The notes under the pieces: generated by a model
The model's database searches: none
What the model was told of the DNA's origin: nothing
Seen by the model: the letters and a program-made list of their open reading frames with translations, nothing else
Program-made: the position numbers and the translations under genes
In this document: positions 38,401 through 48,897 of the stretch, piece after piece
Position numbering within the stretch: position 1 is the stretch's first letter
Layout: each line of letters begins with the position of its first letter
From: Phoronis australis
Taxonomy: Eukaryota > Animalia > Phoronida
Direction: 5' to 3'
Length of the DNA: 64,000 nt
Assembly (NCBI GenBank): GCA_002633005.1
Contig: NMRA01000018.1
Location: 1,499,531-1,563,530 of the forward strand

Positions 38401-41400
38401 GGCTGCGCTTGCAGAAATGAAAAGATCAGGTTAATGAACGGAACTGTTCCTTAGCTGTTGAACTTTGTGTAAATACATGCCACAATGGCAGTATATACCA
38501 TAAGATACATAATAAAGAAGAGTCTCTTGGTTCAAAAGTTATGGTTGATTCTTATGACAAAAACTTATCTTGAGACAAGTTTTGTTGAACACCGCGTTCA
38601 TCTCCGCAAAAAAGTGCTCACGAATCTGCACTGAATGCTACTTTACATCAGATGACATGTTCTTTACTATGCCTGAAATGTTGGCAATAACTGTTCATTG
38701 AAAGCGTCTGTAAACATGTACTACCGTACAGACCACCAAGAAACCTCAACTGACGCTGACTTGCACTATAAACTCTACAGTAACTTTAACTTTAGAATAA
38801 CGCGGCAAAAGCAGATATTCTCATCTTTCCGAAGCTATTTTCTTGACAGCTCGAAATATCCAGAATCTCGCACTTTGCCATGTTGACAACAGCATGTATT
38901 AAGCCAGACGTAGTCTAAATAAAATGAAGTAAACCACAAATCACAGAAGTTGTGGCTTGTAGTTTAGGCCGGTGGCGATAAATAACAATAGAAGAGGCCT
39001 TGCGATTCTTCGATTATCTAGCTATATTTAGAATAAATCAAAGCAAGGTCCAACTTAAACAGTTCAAGTTTTTTAGTTAAAATGATATGAACATATATTT
39101 AATTTCTAATTTAAAAATCTTCCTCCATTTCTACTATTATCTTATCACTAAGTGAGCAACAGCTTTCCTTATGAATCTTCACTTCTTGCACATGGTACAC
39201 AGGTCTGCTTGTGTGCCCTACACCACCTTACTTTTTGATTTCTTCAACTTCTTTCTCTTCAATCTCTGCCCGACTTATGGCACCTGACGGACGTTTTCTT
39301 GTCGGCGCAAATTGAGGGGTCTTTGGAACAGTGAGCTTGGGAGAGGTGGTTTGTTTGCCTGCTGGAGACACACCTGAAAATATAAAACGCCATTGTATGA
39401 TAAAACATGTGTTCACAATTCCCATGCATCAAACTTTTGTAGCCGTTACCAAAAGTTACACTTCTTCCAGCCCTTGCATTCGCAGATCTTTAAAAACCTT
39501 GATCACAGAAATAATGCCTCGATGTTTTTAGCCAAGTGATTGCTTTATGTGATTTTCACAGACATAGACGCAACGCATTTAACTCTGTTTATTCATTGTA
39601 TAAGTTACAAAATCATGCCTAGTAATTTCTTCGAAGACCTGTTTATAGCTAGAGAAAAAGGCTGGCAAAATGAAGACTTTGACATTCTGTGAAAAATCTG
39701 CAAGACTCTCAGTTTTGACAACAACAATATTTGATTTATCTGCAATTCTCTGTGAGTACCATTTAACAAAAGATCACTGATTAAAACACAGTACAACTAA
39801 AATATATATTGGTACAAACTGACCAAATGCTGAATTAAGAAATACACCACAATCATCAGCTCAAAGTGGTAGCCATTTAAAACTTGAACTCCAATACTCC
39901 CAACGTCAAGGTAAACCCCAACTTACCCCTGCTTCTTGGCTTGGAGCGGAACCTCTCTGGTGTGCGTGAGAAGCCATTCACCAGCTCTGCCATGGACTTG
40001 TACTTGCCTTCCGGGGCAGGCTCTGCTGACGATCGCCGTTTGTGCATCTCTGAGAAGTGGAATGGCTGCACCTTGGTAGCTTTGGGCTTAGACTTGGCCT
40101 GTTTGATCATTAGGAAACAGCAGTGAGATATGGTCAGCAATTTGTGCAATTCTAACAATAATATGTGATATCGTCGTTGTTAACAAAAATATAACTACAA
40201 GGTAACGAGACCTTGTGTTAAACTCTATATGAAAGCAATAAAAATCAATAAGATGCCGAGAAGTGCCACCTACCGGCGATTCGTGGTGGCGCAGCTGCTT
40301 CGCAAAATCCTTGCTTCCGTCATCCTGACGAGTGACCATCTCGTGCGGCTTGATGCGCGAGTCTGTTGCAAAGTGGAACTCTTGTGGGCGAGTCAGGCCT
40401 GCCGTTGACCTCTTAGGCACGTAGCGTTGGCCCTCGATGGCGCGGCGATACGACGACTGGTTCTTGCGTCGATTCTCGGCCAGTTTCTGCTGCATGTTCC
40501 TGATGCGCTCCATTTCCAGCTCTTCCGTCGTCTTCACCTTTCCTGCCTCCACCTTGACCTTGGACTGTTGTCGCCTGAGGAAGGATTAGGACAGCAGTCA
40601 GAAACCATACTCAAAGACTACACATTCAAGGCAGGAGTCGATACTCAACTTGTCAAATGCAACCTGGAAAAATTCCCACGTTGCCAAATGAGAAACGAGG
40701 ACCCCAAAACAAGAAACTAGGTATGCAGGGGTGCAAAAGTCCCTTTCTCTACAAAGGAAACACATTTGGCAACTGTTGTAAATGAAAAATTGAGATACTT
40801 GAATTGAAGACTCGGTGAAATGAGATCATGTTTGCTGGGACGCCTCACGTTGCTCGGGCTGGCATTTCTTCTTACAGTATTGCCGTGCCATAAGACCCAT
40901 GGGCATCTGTGCACAACTTAGGCGCACACGCTAATATACAAACCCCTTGGATAAAATAGGCATTATTACGGATACAGGCCCATGGGCCTAAATGCACGGC
41001 AATACAGTAAAAAGTTGTTTAAGAAAAGCAAGTCATCTTTAAAAAGAAAACAGGTGCACCTATATGTGAATTAACACGTGGACCTATGCAGGGGACATTA
41101 CGTGGGCTCATATGTGAAACTTATGTGCATACGCCAATATGTGAATCACTTGGTTCGTTAAAAAATGCATTATTTTGGATCCCATATAGGCCCACGGACC
41201 TAAAGGCATGGCAATGTGATAGCCAAAAGACCCATATAATCTGTACAGCCTCACCTCTTACCTTAGACATGTGCAGAAGAAAAATGACATTTTTTTGCAA
41301 CAATTCCAACTGTAGTCTGTTTACTTCCTGTAGTATTTTGAGTACGTGCTTGGATGTTAGCGTGACAACTTGGGATTTTTACAATCTGAGGTTTCGTTAG

Positions 41401-44400
41401 CGACCTCTAGGTAGCTAAATTGAGCCTTACAAGGATTCTCAGACAATCACACACATAAACATCAAATCATGAGCGAGAATTACAGAGTCAACCACACAAA
41501 CCATTGAATCTTACATACGAGGCACATTTTAATAATTGATATATCTTTGACAGGTGGATGACTTGATGCTTGGGCAGATTTTTTGTCAGTGTGTATGATG
41601 TCGCTGTATGCATGTATGATTCAGCGGTTTATGCAACTACCTCATTAAGAGTTTGTATGTACGACTGTCAAATACTCGCAGCACTACTCAATGAAACAAC
41701 AGCTCCAACTTCCCAATGTAACATTAATGCCACGCAGACCCATAACCCGTGTGTTAAAAGATTTCTAGCTTTTTGGCAAACAATACTTCGAAGCACAACG
41801 GAGCAAGTTAAAGCAACAGGACTTTCTGCCAAATGTCTGAAAGTCCAAGCTTCACTGTCGTACAGTAACAGACAGTTAACCTGCTCGTCCCCATGAGAAG
41901 AACTGGCTCGTATTATGAGTTTGCACTAGTTACGGGAATTTCTAGGTGTCTGGTTTATCCACAGTGGTAAATGTCGACCCATTACAAGGGTTCTCATTTG
42001 TATTGTATTATCTAAGATATAATTTTCCTTTTTCATGAGTTATATTTCCCTGTAAAAAGTACTAGGACATATAGTCAGTTTTGCTAAAGACAGTTTTCAA
42101 GTTTATCGAGTTCAGGAACATTTGGTGTGACTAGCAAATGACGCTTTGCTATTTATCTAATATTTTCCATGAATTGTAACCAGAATTTTCTGTAGATAAG
42201 CTCATGGGTGTGTATTCGGAAAATGAAAATGTCGGGTATTTTAGTATTAAGGGCTGTTCCAGTAAAAAATGTATGGGAAGGGAAGGCACCGCAATTAAGT
42301 AAAAGATTACACACCAGGATCCTTTCTGACATAGAAATTTGATGTGAATGCAAGCTGCAGTCAAATTTTCAGACTTGTTGGAGAGAAACATCTCATCTCC
42401 AAAAATGTAGCAAGTGGATTTTGTTATACGAGAACTTCAAATCCGTGATTTGTTCAGATCGGGCTTACTTCATGAATGATGGAGTGCTGGGCAGGGTGAT
42501 CTTGGGTATCTTGGAGGCCTTGTTCTCCTGGGAGGTGACGCTGATGCCACTGTCAACTGAAGACGTAGAGGATACACTGGTGTGGGGCACGCTGCGACGG
42601 GCTGACTTGACCACTGGCTTCTGTTGAGGTGTCGCCTCTGACCGACGCTTCAACGGCCGGCTGATCTGTGGGGTGCTGAATTGATAGGTGAAGTTATTTA
42701 GCCTCAACTGACATGGAAACAAATGTGGTACAATACACAGACGCAGCAAAAATGAGAAAGTCAATAAAGACCAAGGCATAAAACCATGGAATTAAATTGA
42801 AAAGGACGATTAAGCTATGGACGGCACAAAAAATTCATTGTCATAGTGGTTGGTAGAAGGAAATCTAGTGGGTGTCGTGCATCTGACAAGAGATCAGCAG
42901 CACAAACTCTATACATGATATAAAGGCAAGATGCAAATGACAAAACCACCTTCAGTTCAGTAGACTCATGTCTTTAACCCTTATCCTGCTGAGCCTCTAT
43001 TCAGACTACTTTCCCTGTGTGCTGAGCTAAGTAGGTCACCACTACTGCTGTTATGAAGATCACCCAAACTAATGAACTAATGATTTTAAATTGGAAATTT
43101 GAAGGGAAAATGTTAATTTCACAGAAAAGAAGCCAACATAAAAGTTGTCCAGAATTTCATGGATATTTTAACCTTATGTAAATCTTCATCATAGCCTTAG
43201 TGAAAGTAAACTGATCCACTGTCATCCTCTCACATCTGGCTCCAGCCATATTATGAAACTATGTGTCTACACTTACATGAATCTGCCAGTATCTCCCAGA
43301 CTAGTAATCACAGCCATATGGTTTAAATCACAGAAATGTAGAGGACAGTGTGAACTGTGGAATGCACATGCTCACATATCTAAACAACATTCCAGGGCTC
43401 TTACAATTTCTGAATGAAAATCACAAGTGTCGTGGAGTGAGTGCACTCTCCTAGCGCAGCCCAGCTGCAGTTTATCATAGTCCATTGAGTACACCCAACG
43501 CATTGAAATAGGATAATTGGCACATGGGCTGACCTTGCCTAGCGCAGGATAAGGGTTAAAATGCAAACATCCAACAGCAAAAACACAACAAGGCTCATTA
43601 CAGATTACATGGATATAGTTTACCTCTGCTTCTGTTCTTGATTGACCACCTTTCTCTGTACTCTTGGGGAACGCCTAACAGCTGCTGCCACGGGCGGTTC
43701 ATTAGTTTTCTGTTTTCTGAAAGAGAAAAATGACAGGCATTTTTGATATAGGCCACTTGCCGTTATGAATTTGGATGTGAATTCAAAAGAACTGATAGTT
43801 CATTATTGTTCGAGACAATGCTGAGTTAGCTTATCACACCGGGTCATTGTATGAACCAAGTACGGTCTCAAGGACTAATGCTTGTTAAAAGCACCAGTGC
43901 ATTCCCCTGACAATATATAAACCAACCAATCTGAACAAAGACGCCATTTTGCACAGATAACATCTGCAATTAGAGGGCACACCAGCCATCAGATCCATCT
44001 GATAATCACTGTCATGTGCCACCAGCTTCATTGAAACACACCTTCCGAAATTCAAAAAGATCCTTGAAGGGGTTTAGAAGATACAGCAACAGACGCCAAA
44101 ATGTTCAAAATCACTAAGTCTAACAAAGAAGCCAGATTCCTTTTAGTATATCCATTTTGCTTGTCGCAGAAATCGTGGTCATGATACATAATCTTGTTAG
44201 GCCATATCTACGATGGCACATTTCTCTCATGGGAAATTTGATTTTGCAGCTGATTTAAACAAACCTCTTGGCCCTGTCCCATGCCTGCAAGTCAGTACAA
44301 ATCTGAGGATGTGACTGTGGCTCTGGTGCAGGCTGGATGTCCTCCAATATCTGTTTCTGTGCTGTGACCACAGGTTCTGTCTTGACGACAGGATCCTGTA

Positions 44401-45368
44401 CAACATCTTCTGCTTCGAGTGGTATACTTGTAGCATTGTGGCCCATCAACGTGGACTCTTGAGCATCTGAAAGTATTATTAACATGAACGGTATGTTATT
44501 TAAAATTAATCTTGATTTTTGGTCATTTTGTTATTTGTGGACACGGTAGGTAATAAAAATGAGGCACATGAAGAAATTAGGAGAATTCAAGACACCACAC
44601 AGACGAATAATGTTTGACTGTAACAACCCGTAATTGCTCTTTAGCTGACCAGCCATGGCACAAGAGGATTAACAAGCCACACTAGTTCAGAGTATGAATC
44701 TAACCAAGAACAGGTTGCGAATTTTCCCACTTTGACCCACAGCCAGAAGTGATGAAAGGAAAATCACATCCTTTAGAGTTGTATGGATAGGACAGCCTGA
44801 AGGATCCAATAATCCAGGACTCACGGATAATTTTAGGTCTTTAGGAGTAGGCACAAAAGTAATTTCATTGGCAAAGTTGCTTATCTTGGGCCAACAAGTG
44901 GATTAAAGAACAAAAAACAAGCATGGCCCATAGGTCTTCCAAACTGGCCTTTAGAATTGAGCAGGTGTAGGTCAATTCACCCATACCCGCATTTTACTAA
45001 AATGTTTCACGAGGACACAGTCGCTGGGAACATTGCTAAGATTAAGAACTGTTCCCAGACGGGACCCACCTCAAACCGACTAACCTACCGAATTTTCTTT
45101 GTGATCTGGAATTCTGGAACTGCATGACTACTTTTCCACGTAAAAAAATGCCATTGAACTGTGGTATTTGGAATTTAATACGAGTCTGCTTTAAACTAAG
45201 TCCAATAATTACTTTTAACTGTTTAACATGTTATTGCTTTGCAGTATTTAGGTTGCATATCTTACCAAACCAAGCATCCGCGTTATCGTCATCAATGGGA
45301 GCCGTGAAATCTACAAACTTGGGCGCATTAAACTCCCACATACTTTCTCTGATGGGATTAGAATCCAT
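29172..45368 (-). CDS. TPX2: TPX2 microtubule nucleation factor / Aurora-A activator (12 coding exons, ~704 aa)
   Basis: Exons: 45368-45266, 44466-44265, 43716-43624, 42675-42469, 40574-40274, 40098-39927, 39373-39232, 37955-37781, 35380-35207, 33619-33476, 32074-31963, 29461-29172. All introns are GT-AG with compatible phases, and the exons sum to 2115 nt. Motifs include the N-terminal Aurora-A-binding segment, repeated FKA/FHA-P and T.P.P/F motifs, and the C-terminal LRQELVHKPNPIRHYK...PLTQPVTPRFS. Confidence 0.93.
29636..29791 (-). mobile_element. ~150-bp hAT-like MITE (family D), in TPX2 intron
   Basis: CAGTGCTGTAGTGG...CCACTGCAGCA termini. A near-identical inverted copy lies at 55588-55734. 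Confidence 0.7.
30460..30962. repeat. ~250-bp tandem duplication around a single N (30711); probable assembly overlap
   Basis: 30460-30710 and 30712-30962 differ at one position that I can see. Confidence 0.9.
31963..32074 (-). CDS. TPX2: TPX2 coding exon 11
   Basis: Reads IEEELRQQKSQLNFKAKPCKVTYEQPFVPQKSQKPLT, bounded by ccatag and gtgagt. Confidence 0.92.
33476..33619 (-). CDS. TPX2: TPX2 coding exon 10
   Basis: Reads AAEFHAQPLP...LPPKKHIAPTVPETPNLNVKQRGLIKAEKWSKQ, bounded by catag and gtgagt. Confidence 0.9.
34437..34610 (-). other. TPX2: Second copy of TPX2 exon 9 (probable allelic/haplotype duplication across the N junction at 34734)
   Basis: The same 174-nt exon with 3 substitutions (two synonymous, one T/M). 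It sits inside the ~660-bp block 34073-34733, which is duplicated at 34837-35503. Confidence 0.8.
35207..35380 (-). CDS. TPX2: TPX2 coding exon 9
   Basis: Reads DDQKIVRARPVPHMGIPFQPKLNHKATVPQPFNFEERDKK..., bounded by cttgccag and gtgagg. 174 nt, phase 0-0. Confidence 0.9.
37781..37955 (-). CDS. TPX2: TPX2 coding exon 8
   Basis: Reads YKFKANKLDERIF...KPVTEPVDVQFETDRRL, bounded by ctattttag and gtatct. Confidence 0.92.
39232..39373 (-). CDS. TPX2: TPX2 coding exon 7
   Basis: Reads KLTVPKTPQFAPTRKRP...SRAEIEEKEVEEIKK, bounded by ttttcag and gtaagg. Confidence 0.92.
39927..40098 (-). CDS. TPX2: TPX2 coding exon 6
   Basis: Reads AKSKPKATKVQPFHFSE...YKSMAELVNGFSRTPERFRSK, donor G|gtaagt. Confidence 0.92.
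40274..40574 (-). CDS. TPX2: TPX2 coding exon 5
   Basis: Reads KTTEELEMERIRNMQQKL...LTRPQEFHFATDSRIK...FAKQLRHHESP, bounded by cttcctcag and gtaggt. Confidence 0.92.
40873..41009. mobile_element. Tc1/mariner-type MITE
   Basis: TACAGTATTGCCGTGC ... GCACGGCAATACAGTA termini with TA ends and internal CCCATGGGC repeats. Confidence 0.7.
42469..42675 (-). CDS. TPX2: TPX2 coding exon 4
   Basis: Reads STPQISRPLKRR...PKITLPSTPSFMK, donor AA|gtaagc. An alternative in-frame AG lies a few codons downstream of the chosen acceptor. Confidence 0.85.
42978..43555. mobile_element. piggyBac-type MITE in TPX2 intron 3
   Basis: TTAA|CCCTTATCCTGC ... GCAGGATAAGGG|TTAA: a 12-bp perfect TIR with a TTAA TSD. Confidence 0.8.
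43624..43716 (-). CDS. TPX2: TPX2 coding exon 3
   Basis: ctctttcag acceptor, reads KQKTNEPPVAAAVRRSPRVQRK..., donor AG|gtaaac, phase 2-2. Confidence 0.8.
44265..44466 (-). CDS. TPX2: TPX2 coding exon 2
   Basis: tttcag acceptor, phase 1, reads DAQESTLMG...LQAWDRAKR, donor AG|gtttgt. Confidence 0.8.
45266..45368 (-). CDS. TPX2: TPX2 coding exon 1 (Aurora-A binding segment)
   Basis: Translates to MDSNPIRESMWEFNAPKFVDFTAPIDDDNADAWF, matching the TPX2 Y/F-D/N-AP..F.DF...D.WF motif. Donor is G|gtaag. Confidence 0.92.
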
Positions 45369-45494
45369 TTTCTTGCCGAATTTTAACTATTTAAAGGTAA
45401 TTGTTGTCGGAATTTCAATAAAAAAAGTCATAAAATCTATATCTTTACATATGAAAAAGAAGGCTGAGAAAACCAAACTCATCTAAAATCAAAT

Positions 45495-45575
45495 ATCGCC
45501 GCTATTTAAATTTAGACCAATCAGAAAATGATTTACAAAGAACCGTTTCACATCTTAAACTTTGTGTGATTGGTC
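45495..45575 (-). promoter_or_regulatory. Putative TPX2 G2/M promoter (CHR-like TTTAAA, two CCAAT boxes, MYB-like site)
   Basis: TTTAAA at 45505-10 next to GCGGCG, CCAAT at 45517-21, ATTGG at 45569-73 and AACCGTT at 45541-47. These lie ~140-200 bp upstream of the ATG. Confidence 0.45.
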
Positions 45576-46520
45576 AAGTTAAACTGGTTATAAAATATTT
45601 TATAAAATTTTAAAAAAAATTACTTTTGTTCCTTATTTTACAATTTTAAAACTGATTTTATGAATAAAAAATAATAAAAAAATGTCAAGATTATATATCG
45701 CATTATTGTAAAGGTCAAGGTCATACTTCATAAACAAGGTAAACGTGATTCGTTTGACTGTGGCTGGCTTTGCCGTCTTATGCTTCTGGTAGGCTAATAA
45801 CCTCAATTTTCTGCGTGATCCTTCTGTAGAATGACTTATGTAGAATGTGTTGTCTGTGTTGAGTCTTTTCTCTTCGGTCACCTTTCTAATCTTTGTTCTC
45901 AGACTCAGTGATCTGACCGTTCATTTCACTTCACGCTTACATGGCTGGCAAACTTGACAGAACTCAGAAGTGAGAAGTTGACCTTGATGTTCTGGGCAGT
46001 TCTCAACAACTGACATTCGGATTAAGTGTAAAATATGTTTAAGATTTCTGTATTGCGATGTAATTTTAGCTTTGCTGGTTTGTTTTCTGAGTGTTTTCTG
46101 CTGTTGTAGACTAAAAATAGTAATACTAATTGTGAAAATGAAGTTGCTGAGTCACTGTTTTTAGTGGCACATCTTATAGACAGTGACCACCATATCTAGT
46201 TGAACTGATGACAGTGAAATTCTATAGGTGCTTCTTATGCTTCACACTGATTAACACTATGCGCAGCAGGTGGTGTGATGTCATCACCGCGTACGTGCTG
46301 TGTAAAAATGGCTAGTTTCCAATTTTGGGAACTGAATGAAGGAAAGCTTGAAGAAAAAGTTTGACAATGGCAATATTTGTTCAAGTTGTAAAGAATTAAA
46401 CACATCGACGGCCTCTTATGGTGTCCCTCTATGCACAAAAGGAACTTATAACAACATGACTTTGAAGTTTTAATCAGTGTGAGGTATAATTCGCCGAAGA
46501 ACTTCCACCGTATGAAGCAA

Positions 46521-46753
46521 AGGCTGATTTAGAGGGGAGGGGGGCCTCCCCCCTCCTTGGCTGCCGCAAGCAAATGAAACAGCGGAATCGTGTTCTCATT
46601 TTTTTTAGTGCACCGATAGATTTTTTGAACAGAGGGTCCACATCCCCGGCCCCCGTAACTTTCGGACCGCCTGTGCGCATACAATCGCGCTGAGCCCAAT
46701 TCCCCGAGGCAACATATTGGGCCCCCCTTTATGCTGTCCTAGATCCACCACTG
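46521..46753. mobile_element. hAT-like MITE (family E), copy 1
   Basis: GGCTGATTTAG..GGGG..CCCCC..CCTTGGCTGCCGCAA ... GCCCCCCTT...CTAGATCCACCACTG. A related copy lies at ~59661-60003. Confidence 0.6.
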
Positions 46754-46871
46754 TGAAGCTCCTCTACTGGCCAGCTAGAGATGGAGGTTGTCCAATAAGC
46801 CACATGAACCTGAAGATTTTGTACAAATAACGCTTCACACAGGCTAAACCACCAAAGCCACTTTGCTACAA

Positions 46872-47006
46872 ACACCTTTTGAGTGTAGAGTGACACCTTT
46901 TGAGTGTAGAGTGACAACTTTTGAGTGTAGAGTGACACCTTTTGAGTGTAGAGTGACACCTTTTGAGTGTAGAGTGACACCTTTTGAGTGTAGAGTGATA
47001 CCTTTG
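46872..47006. repeat. 21-bp minisatellite (ACACCTTTTGAGTGTAGAGTG) x ~6.4
   Basis: Six nearly identical head-to-tail units with no spacers. Confidence 0.95.
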
Positions 47007-47582
47007 AAAGACTTAGTTTATATAACTTCATTCCAACTCGACAAATACTCCGGCAATCAAAATTTTTTTCCGTATAGTCCATTATTTGGTTAACAAAATT
47101 GAAGACTGAATTCTATTACAGTCAATGTGCTCACAGTCAAATGAATCGCACAAAGGATTATGGGGGGGGAGTGGTCACCCATCTGCCAGCCATGCCGAGA
47201 GGAGGCAGCACAGATGGGGGACCGATCTATGTTTAGTAAAAGTAGGTCATATTCACTAGACTGGTGTATAGATTTTAATCAAACTGATTCAGTCATTTGA
47301 ATTCTTTTAGCTATTGTGGAAAGATTTTACTTTTGCCAGTAAGTTGATAAAATTTGGTAAATTGTACTGATTGCATCTCCGTTTTTCATGATTTGCATTG
47401 AGATGCATTTTACTCTAGACGAGACGAGAGGATGGATCATGCTGCACTTTGTCTCATGAGCTGAGCACGGAACCAGCTTATTCTCATCTGGCAGACTAAA
47501 CTTGGTTAAAGTGGATAAAACACTAACATATGAAGGCCAACTTAGAGTTTAGTCAATAGCAATAATGACTTGTCTGTTCTTA

Positions 47583-47889
47583 TTGTAGTATGAGATGTTC
47601 ACTTACTTAGAGACGTGGTGGGTTGTTAGCAGACGTTTTGACCTGGTCCGCTGATGTTTATTGACTCATCATCATTCAGCGCCCCCTGTTGAATCGGGAC
47701 TGAGGCCTCCACTTACCTCCCATGTATTTAAACATTCTTAACCAGCGGAACACGGGAAATCCCTCATTCATTGACAAAGACCTGGTGGACCAGGTCGAAA
47801 CGTCTGCAAACAACCCACCACGTCTCTAAGTAAGTGAACATCTCATACTACGATGCCTCTAGAGACGAATGACGAACCTTTTCTCCAGA
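47583..47889 (+). mobile_element. 5'-truncated Penelope-like retroelement with inverted pseudo-LTR
   Basis: 65-bp inverted arms at 47585-47649 and 47787-47851 with 2 mismatches. The interior reads PLLNRD*GLHLPPMYLNIL, the GIY-YIG C-terminal LNRD.G..LP..Y motif. Candidate 9-bp TSD CTGTTCTTA at 47574-82 and 47890-98. Confidence 0.8.
47765..47810 (+). ncRNA. Minimal hammerhead ribozyme motif (Penelope-type, U3-A8 variant)
   Basis: TTGACAAA-GACCTGG-TGGA-CCAGGTC-GAAAC-GTC: core, 7-bp stem II, palindromic ACGT stem III and a GUC site. Stem I is weak. Confidence 0.6.
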
Positions 47890-48067
47890 CTGTTCTTAGC
47901 ATGTCTGTCTGTTTCAAAGCTGTGTAAGGAACAAGTTGCAGCCACGTATATCAAGTGTGATTGGCCCAATTCCAAAGTTGGTGAAATATGTTAGTGTAAA
48001 ATACCACTGTCTGTTGGTATATTGGGGCTTTAGTAAATGTGTTTCCTAAGAATTTCAATCTTCATTG

Positions 48068-48216
48068 GAAACACAACTAAAAACTTTTTGTGTGAAAGCT
48101 TGATACTGTTTTGCTGGTAGTGTAGTACATAGCTGCACACCTGAAGAAAGGAGATTGTTCCGACACTACGAACGAATCATTATCAAGCTTTCAAACTAAA
48201 AGTTTAGTCGTGTTTT
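48068..48216. mobile_element. Decayed inverted-repeat element, possibly an older Penelope pLTR inversion
   Basis: Imperfect arms (aaactttttgtgtgaaagcttgata...gtagtgt / acactac...tatcaagctttcaaactaaaagttt) around CTGAAGAAAGGAGATTGTTCCGACAC. Confidence 0.45.
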
Positions 48217-48746
48217 CAACGTAGTTTGTGTTAATGAAGGACTGCTACCAAACTATACAGAGTTTCAATCAAGAAACTTTAAAAAAATTTGCAGTTCAGA
48301 GTCACTGCTGGTTCAAATACGTACCACAGTGCTTGACTTTTTATGACTGGCGTCTGTTGTTTGAAGATTAAGAAACAGAGATGGGTGTCAGGGCTAAGTA
48401 CTGCCTGTTTGTGGCAACATTCTTTCCCACCTATTTGAGTGCAAAAATTATTTAACTGCAACAGAAGAAAAAATAAATACAGTGCATTGCAACTGCTGCA
48501 TATTCCTTGGTTGATATGTCCCAACCTCTATTGTGTAACCTGCCTGAGCAACGTAATTGTGTGACTTGACTTTTCTTGGCCAGCACTTATCAGAATTATG
48601 TTAATAACCCCAGAGAAAGAATTATGTTGGAAAATACGTGGGACAGATTTGGCAAGTTTTCTGTTGCAGAACCTAGTCTATTATATATGTACGTACAAAG
48701 ACAAGTGTAGTCAGAGAAATGTAATCTGTAATTTTGTAGACCAACA

Positions 48747-48897
48747 ATGGACCAAGTTGGTAATGGCGACCATGTGATGCTGTTGTGGTCTGGTGTATCA
48801 CCACCAGATGATGTCCAGGCTGTGGTGACTGACCTACAGTCTAAGGTGAAGGACAATGGACGCATACAGCTTGAACACAGCAGTAGACTGTCTGAGT
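48747..48897 (+). CDS. CIAPIN1: CIAPIN1 coding exon 1
   Basis: Reads [50 protein letters not shown], donor T|gtaagt. An acceptor (ttttgtag) 7 nt before the ATG implies an upstream non-coding exon. Confidence 0.88.

Noticed and set aside
46872-47006. CRISPR-like array and the repetitive ORFs (KVSLYTQ / PFECRVT)
   Set aside because: The units are head-to-tail with no unique spacers, the context is eukaryotic, and the ORFs are just translations of a 21-bp minisatellite.
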